Source: Candidatus Omnitrophota bacterium
GTDB taxonomy: Bacteria > Omnitrophota > Omnitrophia > Omnitrophales > Aquincolibacteriaceae
Assembly (NCBI GenBank): GCA_043803685.1
Contig: JAZDJU010000103.1
Coordinates: 1 to 64,000 of the forward strand
Length of the DNA: 64,000 bases
Direction: 5' to 3'
In this document: in pieces, positions 57,328 to 64,000 of the stretch
Position numbering within the stretch: position 1 is the first letter of the stretch
How the letters are laid out: each line of letters opens with the position of its first letter
Notes under the pieces: model-generated
The model's database searches: none
Told to the model about the DNA's origin: nothing
What the model saw: the letters and a program-made list of their open reading frames with translations, nothing else
Translations under genes and position numbers: made by a program

Positions 57328-57501
57328 ATGAAAACGCTTCTGGGGTTAGTGGTTTTAATTTTGGATATTATTGCCCTTGTGGATTGCCTTAAAAGCGACG
57401 CGTCCACGGGGAAGAAGCTTCTCTGGATCCTTTTGATCCTGTTTCTGCCGGTCGTCGGCATGATCCTCTATTTTCTCTTGGGGAAGAAGAAAACGGCGTA
57501 A
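57328..57501 (+). CDS. Small PLDc_N-like 2-TM protein (57 aa; not in the ORF track)
   Basis: AGGAGG RBS; MKTLLGLVVLILDIIALVDCLKSDASTGKKLLWILLILFLPVVGMILYFLLGKKKTA. Confidence 0.85.
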   Translation: MKTLLGLVVLILDIIALVDCLKSDASTGKKLLWILLILFLPVVGMILYFLLGKKKTA

Positions 57502-57517
57502 GATCGATTGAAGGCCG

Positions 57518-57549
57518 AAAGGCCCGGTCTTCTGGACCGGGCCTTTTTT
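57518..57549 (+). terminator. Intrinsic terminator
   Basis: AAAGGCCCGGTC-TTCTG-GACCGGGCCTTTTTT. Confidence 0.8.
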
Positions 57550-57833
57550 ATTTTTCGGGTTGCTTTATTTTTCCGGTTCTTTCTAGTACAATGTCGCCCC
57601 TTGCTCCCTGGGTCTTGATGGATCATGGAAGGTTGACCGGGATCGCACGGATTATGTTTCGCTGCCCTGGTCTTAATAGAGCATCAAAGGTTGACCAGGA
57701 CTGCTTGAAAACCTCGATTGGATTTTTGAAGTGTTTTTTTCTGCGCGGGTGTAGCTTCCGCCTCCGCGAAATAGCGGAGGACGGATCCGTCCTGAAGCTC
57801 GGCTTCAGGCGGACAGGGGTTGTTAAGAGTTTT

Positions 57834-57871
57834 GCTGGTGTAGCTCAGGGGTAGAGCAGCTGTTTTGTAAA
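57834..57871 (+). tRNA. tRNA-Thr(TGT) 5' half only, cut just after the anticodon loop (att-site remnant)
   Basis: GCTGGTG TA GCTC AGGGGTA GAGC A GCTGT TTTGTAA A; no 3' anticodon strand, T-arm or acceptor 3' strand follows. Confidence 0.8.
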
Positions 57872-58018
57872 ATTCCATGGAAGATTTGAATTTTTTAGTA
57901 ATTAGAGCGTAATACTATCAAGCAGATAGCGTTACGCTTTTTTTGTGTCTGATACCCTTTGGATAATTTGGCGTCGATTTGACCCGATTTAGACACCAGC
58001 GAGACACCAGATTATTTT

Positions 58019-59077
58019 TTAACCTCTCCGAAGCGATACCTCTTCGCCCGAATGAGTAATCGAATCAGCGGTTAGCGGAGTATTGGCTTCCCCGTTCTTA
58101 ACGAGCAGGGCAACGGCTTTACTTTTATGGCTCTGTGATAGGTGGGCGTATCGAAGCGTCATGGCGAGGCTTTTATGTCCCATCAGTTCTCGGATAGTAT
58201 TCAAATCGACTCCCTCCATCGCTAGATAAGAAGCGAAGGAATGTCTCAAATCGTGAAAATGAAAATTTGTTATCTTCGCTTTCGTTAAAGCGGTATTAAA
58301 CGACTTTCGGAAATTATACGGAAAGCCTTCCTTGTTATGAAAAACATAGGGAGTATCAGCGGATTTTTCAAGCTCCACTAAAATACTCCGAACACGCTCA
58401 TTCATCGGAAGATGTTTCTTCTCATTATTTTTGGTGCGGGTAATAGTGATGATGTTCGTCGTAAAATCCACGTCCTCCCATTTGAGATTTTGAATCTCAC
58501 CTTTACGCATCCCCGTATGAAGGGCTACTTCGACAACGGCTCGGATTCTAGGAGGACAATTCGCTAATAGGGCAGCTCTCTCGCCTTCGGTTAAATATCT
58601 CACTCTGGAATTATTCTCTTTAAAGAGCTTCACCCGCTTAACGGGGTTTTCGTTAGCCTTACCCCATTCGATGGCTCGGCTGAACATATATTTGAGACAG
58701 GCTACCTCTCTATTTACGGAACCTGCTGACACCTCATTTATTCTTACCTTTTTGTACCTCTCAATCAGTTCGGGAGTAATGGCGTAAAGGTACTTTTCCC
58801 CAAAGTGAGGTATCAAGCTCTTCAGGCTATTAGCATCACTCTTCCAAGACCGTTTATTAGGCTTTGCGTAATTTTCAATGTAGGTGGGAGCGAAGTCTTT
58901 GAATTTAATTTTTTCATCTTTTTTAATATCCAAGTACCGATTTTCAGCCAAAGCAATTTGAATTTTCTTTAAGGCGAGTTTAGCTAGCTTTCTACTTGGG
59001 CCGATTTTCTTGCGGTATCTCTGTCCCTGAACCCAGTAGTCAATATACCAACTACCCTTTTTTAAGAAAGTTGCCAT
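58019..59077 (-). CDS. Tyrosine recombinase / phage integrase
   Basis: TGMRKGEI, TKN, HDLRHSFAS, LMGHKS and TLRYAH catalytic motifs; N-terminal WYIDYW arm-binding-like segment. Confidence 0.95.
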   Translation of the reverse strand: MATFLKKGSWYIDYWVQGQRYRKKIGPSRKLAKLALKKIQIALAENRYLDIKKDEKIKFKDFAPTYIENYAKPNKRSWKSDANSLKSLIPHFGEKYLYAITPELIERYKKVRINEVSAGSVNREVACLKYMFSRAIEWGKANENPVKRVKLFKENNSRVRYLTEGERAALLANCPPRIRAVVEVALHTGMRKGEIQNLKWEDVDFTTNIITITRTKNNEKKHLPMNERVRSILVELEKSADTPYVFHNKEGFPYNFRKSFNTALTKAKITNFHFHDLRHSFASYLAMEGVDLNTIRELMGHKSLAMTLRYAHLSQSHKSKAVALLVKNGEANTPLTADSITHSGEEVSLRRG

Positions 59078-59544
59078 TGCTAAGCACCCTCGAGCCATTA
59101 ATAAGCAACATTGTTATCAAATGATGTATAATTATATCAAATATGCTAATAACGAATAGTATTATTCCAGCTTTTCTTGAGAAATAATCTAGGGGGATAC
59201 GCTTATAGGGAAATTAGGCCAGCATTTGACCTGCAATGCTCACTTGTCCGAAGATAAGCAACAGGGTAAGACTATCTAAAAAAGGCATCTGCGGGTCGTT
59301 TGCGAACGATATTAGAGGTTAATTCCTCTCGATAAGAGAAAGGAGGCTGAATAATCTCGTAAAGAATCAAAAAACCCTCAAAATAGGGGTATCAAAGTCG
59401 TCCTAGAGGGGATAAACGGGGTCAAATTTCGATTATTTTTCAAACCCGCTATCTCCCTATTACCTGACGAAAAGGTCTCGTTTTTGACCCCGATATAATC
59501 ACCATAGATAATATTTAAGGATAATATGAAGTTATGCCTCGAAT

Positions 59545-60462
59545 TTAAGGAAACCTTCCGTTCTTTAAAAAATATTTATATCTAGCGAAATTTTTATCTC
59601 CTTCCATAAGGCCATAATTTTCTTTCATGAACTTTAGAAGATAGAAATTAATACCCTTAGGAGAATCAACAAACTCATATTGAAAAGCTAGCAAGACAGC
59701 GTCAGGATAGCCGTCCTCTAATCTTTCTTTTTCAATGTAATGTTCTATTGTTTTTTCAACAGAATGATATTCTCCTCTAGAGACTAATTTCCCCATACGC
59801 TCTATGAATTCTCGGATATTATTTACACTCTTTGTAGTTTCATGATTATCCTGCGGCCTACTTTTAGGAGTAGGCCCGTCTGCTTTTACGTTTGTATTAT
59901 TAGACTGTATATCAGTCTTTATATCTTCCTTTATATAGAACTTTCTCTTCTTTCCATAACCCTTGTTGCAGTAAAGAATTACAAACTTTTCCATCTCTTT
60001 AGAATTACCGAATAAGTAATTTGCGTTACGATATCTGTCCTCTCCGCTACCGATACCGTCAAGACCGTTACTGATTCTGTAATTGAACATAGGAATTCCG
60101 TATCGGAACATATTGATAGAGTACATATGCTTATTTCCGTTTCGATTGTTTTTAAAAACTCTACCTTTCTTGATAAGCTTACTCATAGCTCTTGAAAGAT
60201 GCGAGTGCGCCACTCCCGTTGCTTCGGAAAAATCATTCAACCCTAGCCATGCTGTTATATCCTGGCCGAATCCAAAACTCCTCCTCGCTATGTAGGCTAA
60301 TATTTTTATCTCATTAAGCCTATACTCTCCAGATATTATTTCTTTGAGTAATCCGCTAGGGAAATATGTCCCCAAAACGACATCCCTGCCCTTTTTATCT
60401 TTACCCCAAGCCTGCCAAAGCCCAGAACCTTTATTTGGATCTGTTGGGATTATTTCCTTCAT
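59545..60462 (-). CDS. Replication initiator-like protein with lambda O-type N-terminal wHTH
   Basis: EIKILAYIARRSFGFGQDITAWLGLNDFSEATGV..SHLSRAMSKL resembles the Phage_rep_O N-terminus. Confidence 0.6.
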   Translation of the reverse strand: MKEIIPTDPNKGSGLWQAWGKDKKGRDVVLGTYFPSGLLKEIISGEYRLNEIKILAYIARRSFGFGQDITAWLGLNDFSEATGVAHSHLSRAMSKLIKKGRVFKNNRNGNKHMYSINMFRYGIPMFNYRISNGLDGIGSGEDRYRNANYLFGNSKEMEKFVILYCNKGYGKKRKFYIKEDIKTDIQSNNTNVKADGPTPKSRPQDNHETTKSVNNIREFIERMGKLVSRGEYHSVEKTIEHYIEKERLEDGYPDAVLLAFQYEFVDSPKGINFYLLKFMKENYGLMEGDKNFARYKYFLKNGRFP

Positions 60463-60539
60463 TGGATATTCTCCTAGCGGTTAGCATAACCATGGCTGTA
60501 GAACAACCAGCCCTTACTATTATCGAGGGTAGCAAAGTC

Positions 60540-60977
60540 TCACAGGAGATACTTTTTAGCAATCCACGTCATAGCCAATAATGTTCCATAAAATGGCCAT
60601 ATTGATAATGAAAGAAGCGAACAAGCAAAAGTCAAAAAACCATTGCCCGTAGGTTTTACGGCATACAAATCATCCGCTCTCAGCTTTCCTTTATGAAGTT
60701 TTTCTATAAAGGCGTTGTACGAATTACGAAGCAGTTTTTCTAATGCTAGATAGTACGCATCGAGAAAGAAAAAAAGGAATGTGGGAATCAAGGCGATATA
60801 TGCGTACTGAGGTTTTGCTTTGTCAGCTACTAAGACAAGGATTGCCGATACTATAGTAATAGCCCATCCTTTGCAGGAGTTGCTGTTTGATGCCATCCTC
60901 TGAATCACACTTTGAGTTATGCTCAAATGAGCCTGAACTGCTTGCGAATTTTCTTTAAATTCTTCATTCTCATTCAT
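60540..60977 (-). CDS. Small multi-TM protein, putative TIR-associated effector
   Basis: QSVIQRMASNS..CKGW, FFFLDAYYL..EK; three hydrophobic segments; 10 bp downstream of the TIR gene. Confidence 0.65.
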   Translation of the reverse strand: MNENEEFKENSQAVQAHLSITQSVIQRMASNSNSCKGWAITIVSAILVLVADKAKPQYAYIALIPTFLFFFLDAYYLALEKLLRNSYNAFIEKLHKGKLRADDLYAVKPTGNGFLTFACSLLSLSIWPFYGTLLAMTWIAKKYLL

Positions 60978-60987
60978 ATTTACCAGC

Positions 60988-61557
60988 CTAATATTTGTTT
61001 CTTATGTTAATTGCCTCATCGACCCAACTAGCCAGATTTAGCTGAATATTCTTATAAACATCAGTACTCGTATAGCCAGCAGGGTCATATGTGCGAACAA
61101 TATTGGAGAATGGCCCGTTATTGAAAGTAAACGACGAAAAGGGGTTAATCCCTTTGGGGGATTGGATTCCAGATGCGCTCTTAAGATTGTGGATGTGAAT
61201 CCCAACTATCCCTTTCTTTTCTTGCCATGATTTATTTATCTCATAATCAATCCATTTTCTTCCAGCGGTATTTGTACCAATAAGAACAATCGTGCAGGAC
61301 TTACCCTCTAGTTGATTATCAATCCACCGCTTTATTGCATCATCTCCACCTCTTTTCACTTCTTCCCAGTCATTGTCTGAAACGGGAGAATTACCTTCAA
61401 GCGCACCGATACTTCTTATTTGAGAAGCTCTCCAACAATCTGGTACGTAATGAAAACTGTAAAACACTCGCCGTTTTTTAATGGAATCGCTTAAAGCAGA
61501 ACCTAATATGGTTTGTCTTCCGATATTTCCGAATCGAAATGGCGACAAGCTAGACAT
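60988..61557 (-). CDS. TIR-domain protein (MTH538/DUF1863, ThsB-like)
   Basis: RRVFYSFHY..D.WRASQIR, DNDWEEVK, IKRWIDNQL, TIVLIG..TAGRKWIDYEI (catalytic Glu); GGAGG RBS. Confidence 0.9.
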   Translation of the reverse strand: MSSLSPFRFGNIGRQTILGSALSDSIKKRRVFYSFHYVPDCWRASQIRSIGALEGNSPVSDNDWEEVKRGGDDAIKRWIDNQLEGKSCTIVLIGTNTAGRKWIDYEINKSWQEKKGIVGIHIHNLKSASGIQSPKGINPFSSFTFNNGPFSNIVRTYDPAGYTSTDVYKNIQLNLASWVDEAINIRNKY

Positions 61558-61995
61558 AATTTATTCCTCCCTCTAAGGACGTTTGAGGAAGTATAGACCT
61601 CGTTTTAATTACATTCCAGAAAAAGGTTCTACGGACTCTCTTAGGCGAAAATCTTTAAAGTCTGAGACCATGAAGTGGCCTCGCTGACGGTCAGACTAGA
61701 AGCCCTTTTTGGGTGAAGAATAGACACCAAACCGACACCAATTGCCATTGCAGCAAATTCGCCCTAGAGATGAACCCCTGTAACCCACTCCAAGCAAACG
61801 GACTTACAGTGTTTTGGAAGATATTCAAATCTGAAAGGGCACCTGTTAAGTAGACAGATGTCCCGTCAAATCCTAAGGGGAGGGGTTGAATTTAGCTCGG
61901 AGGTAATTTAATACAAAAGGGATACTGACTGTAGCTAGCAATCGATTAAGCACCTCTATAATGCTATACACATATTTTTCATAAAGCCTAAATAT

Positions 61996-63012
61996 TTAGA
62001 GTTGCTGCAAGGAAAATTCTCTCATTATTAACAATTTAACTGTTTCCCTCAGCGAAGTAAAATACTGATCAACAGCAGGGACACCTCGTCCGCCATGTTT
62101 TGATACCATTTCCACATGAGCTTCCCTACATTTTGTAAATTTTTTTTGACCCTGATCACAAAAAACATGATTTTCAGGAAAACAGCCTCCATGGTGTCCC
62201 GCACAATTGCGGTGTCTATACCAAATCGGAATTTGCTCAGTAATATTTCCTTGCTCTAAACCATGCTTAAAAGATTCTTCCCCAAATCCCATCTCAGAAA
62301 AAGAACTTCGCAACAATTCAAATACGATTTGTTCCGCCTGATCTTCAATCTTCAGCTCCTTTCCAGCCGAACTCTTGATTACTACACCACTCCAATTTTT
62401 TCTTGGAGATCCTACGAAATTCTTACTCTTGGCTAATATCTCTAATAGATTCCAAAGTCGAAAATACGAAATTTCTAACTTCTCCTCTAATATAGCCTCC
62501 CTAAAAAGGGCTAAATATAGATCTAAGCTGGGATTTATCTTAATCTTCTCTAAAACCACCATCATCGATGCTACATCTTCCCCCGCAAGACCTCCCCCCA
62601 ATAAATTGCCCCTATAGCTCGGCAAAAGATACGGCTTATATTTAATTTCTTGCGTATCTAGATTTTTAATAACCGAAGCAATTATTTGTGGATAACCGCC
62701 ACGAAACAAAGAGAGCGTGCTATTCAGCTTTTCCACTTCGCTCTTCATTAATTGGTCTGCTTCATCTTCTGATTCAACATGTAATTTTTTAAAACATACA
62801 ACAAAAACAGGCTGTCCAGCTTTTGTTTGTTGTAGAATTATTTCCCTGTTAGTTAATGGACCCAACTGATTCAAAACAAGGAAATTGTGTATAAGATTAA
62901 GCTCGTCGTTCCATTCTAATCCTTCAAGAGGGTACAGTTCATACTGAGGAAATATGTAGGGTGCTGTGATTAAACAGTTTTTTACAAAAACTAATCCCAA
63001 TATATTTTTCAT
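61996..63012 (-). CDS. HEPN-like (MauJ/ApeA-type) protein
   Basis: YFRLWNLLEIL and RNCAGH (RxxxxH) motifs. Confidence 0.6.
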   Translation of the reverse strand: MKNILGLVFVKNCLITAPYIFPQYELYPLEGLEWNDELNLIHNFLVLNQLGPLTNREIILQQTKAGQPVFVVCFKKLHVESEDEADQLMKSEVEKLNSTLSLFRGGYPQIIASVIKNLDTQEIKYKPYLLPSYRGNLLGGGLAGEDVASMMVVLEKIKINPSLDLYLALFREAILEEKLEISYFRLWNLLEILAKSKNFVGSPRKNWSGVVIKSSAGKELKIEDQAEQIVFELLRSSFSEMGFGEESFKHGLEQGNITEQIPIWYRHRNCAGHHGGCFPENHVFCDQGQKKFTKCREAHVEMVSKHGGRGVPAVDQYFTSLRETVKLLIMREFSLQQL

Positions 63013-63018
63013 TTAATG

Positions 63019-63999
63019 TCACATTACCAAGTTACATTTTTTTAAAACCGCTGTTATGCCGCCCCACTTGTTAATAGCATAAGATAATCCAAGAATTTTT
63101 TGTCTTTGTATGTACTCCATGGTAAGACGCTTTTCGGATTTCTTTATAAGAGGAACGAGTTCTTTTTTAACATTCTCAAGAGTCCAATATTTTTTTGATC
63201 TATTCTCTGCTTTAAGATTAAATGTTGCCGCGACCCTATTTGTTCCTCCCCATTTATCAATGGCACTACTCAGATCACTTCGTTTTATTTTCCTCAAATA
63301 CTCGTAGGTCGGCATTTTCCCGATCTTCCGATAAATCGGGACGAGTTCCTTCTTCAAATTGTTAATGCTTTTCCAATACCCATGGGGTTTTCCATGTTTC
63401 TTTAATCCGAGTTTCTTTGCTACTTCATGTTGCCCACCCCATTTACGAATCGTATTAATCAAATCACTTCTTCCAAGCTCAAGTAAAGTTGAATTACTGG
63501 GCATCTTTTTTAACCCTTTAGATACCAGAAGAATTTCTCTTTCAACATTAAGCCACGTGTTCCAATATCCTTTGGGCTTAAAAGCGGATGCAAAGCCTAG
63601 CCTTTTGGCAATTGCTGATACGCCACCATTTTTTTGGAAGTACCTATTAACTCCTGAAAGCTTAAGTTTTTGTAATTCTACCTTGGTTGGCAATCGTTCA
63701 TATTTTTTGCATATTGGAAGTAACGCCTTCTTAACATTATCCCACTTCTCCCAATATCCAGGAGCTTTACGCCCCATTTCAAAACCTAATTGTTTTGAAA
63801 AGTTAGATAGACCGCCGTATCTATCAATTGCACCAGCTAGCTGACTTTTGGCTTTTTTTCGCAATTGTTCCCTGGTTGGCACTTTGCCTAGCTTTTCACA
63901 TATGGGTAATAACTCTTTTTTAACTCTGTCTAATGTCCAATAATTTCTTGGTTTGATTTTTAAAGAAAGTCCGAGCTTTCTAGCAACACTGCCATAGCC
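63019..63999 (-). CDS. Basic tandem-repeat protein (~60-aa helical repeats); 5' end lies beyond the window
   Basis: Frame open to the window end; repeated KP.GYW...NVKKELLPI..K...MPT...L......L...I.KWGG...VA..LG. Confidence 0.7.
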   Translation of the reverse strand, partial: GYGSVARKLGLSLKIKPRNYWTLDRVKKELLPICEKLGKVPTREQLRKKAKSQLAGAIDRYGGLSNFSKQLGFEMGRKAPGYWEKWDNVKKALLPICKKYERLPTKVELQKLKLSGVNRYFQKNGGVSAIAKRLGFASAFKPKGYWNTWLNVEREILLVSKGLKKMPSNSTLLELGRSDLINTIRKWGGQHEVAKKLGLKKHGKPHGYWKSINNLKKELVPIYRKIGKMPTYEYLRKIKRSDLSSAIDKWGGTNRVAATFNLKAENRSKKYWTLENVKKELVPLIKKSEKRLTMEYIQRQKILGLSYAINKWGGITAVLKKCNLVM

Positions 64000-64000
64000 C

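Larger units (their letters stand above)
57872..61860. mobile_element. Small integrative element (integrase, Rep-O-like protein, TIR + TM cargo)
   Basis: Shift to AT-rich sequence at the tRNA half; mirrored end motifs (GACACCA pairs at 57991 and 61721, GTAA...TTAC palindromes at 57906 and 61778, AGATTTGAAT/ATTCAAATCT). Confidence 0.7.

Noticed and set aside
59417..59492. Replication origin (CGGGGTCAAA / TTTGACCCCG inverted repeat) next to the Rep-like gene
   Set aside because: A single 10-bp pair with no clear iteron series; too weak to call
57872..64000. Intact prophage, or a group I intron in the tRNA anticodon loop
   Set aside because: No structural, terminase or lysis genes; no intron core or tRNA 3' exon recognised

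Overview
Bacterial chromosomal window, mostly moderately GC-rich. Gene content (chlamydial OmcB-like lipoprotein, tandem TMTC-like GT-C/TPR genes, many short palindromic repeats) suggests the PVC superphylum, possibly Omnitrophota; this is inference. In order: three TMTC-like glycosyltransferase genes; leuCD; a type IV pilus/T2SS-like operon with three pilins; a GH144-like glycoamylase-CBM9 gene with an XRE regulator, a TolC-MFP-RND-RND export set and a CBM11/CIA30-like protein; and a thiolase. From 34.8 to 51.6 kb lies a signalling region with four N-terminal multi-TM (HisKA_7TM-like) histidine kinases. Two of them directly follow unusual thioester-reductase fusions: START/SRPBCC + acyl-ACP reductase, and receiver + HMG-CoA-reductase-like with an altered substrate pocket. 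Three kinases have AT-rich sensor halves joined to GC-rich kinase halves, and palindromic repeats sit in-frame in two HATPase domains. Next come rfbC, DUF167, an MMPL transporter and the OmcB-like lipoprotein. The window ends with a tRNA-Thr(TGT) 5' half followed by an AT-rich island: a ~4 kb integrase / Rep-O-like / TIR + small membrane protein element, then a HEPN-like gene and a repeat protein. The best candidates for an undescribed system are the reductase + 7TM-kinase 'synthase-receptor' pairs and the TIR + TM mini-element. All family calls are from motif recognition by eye; no searches were run.
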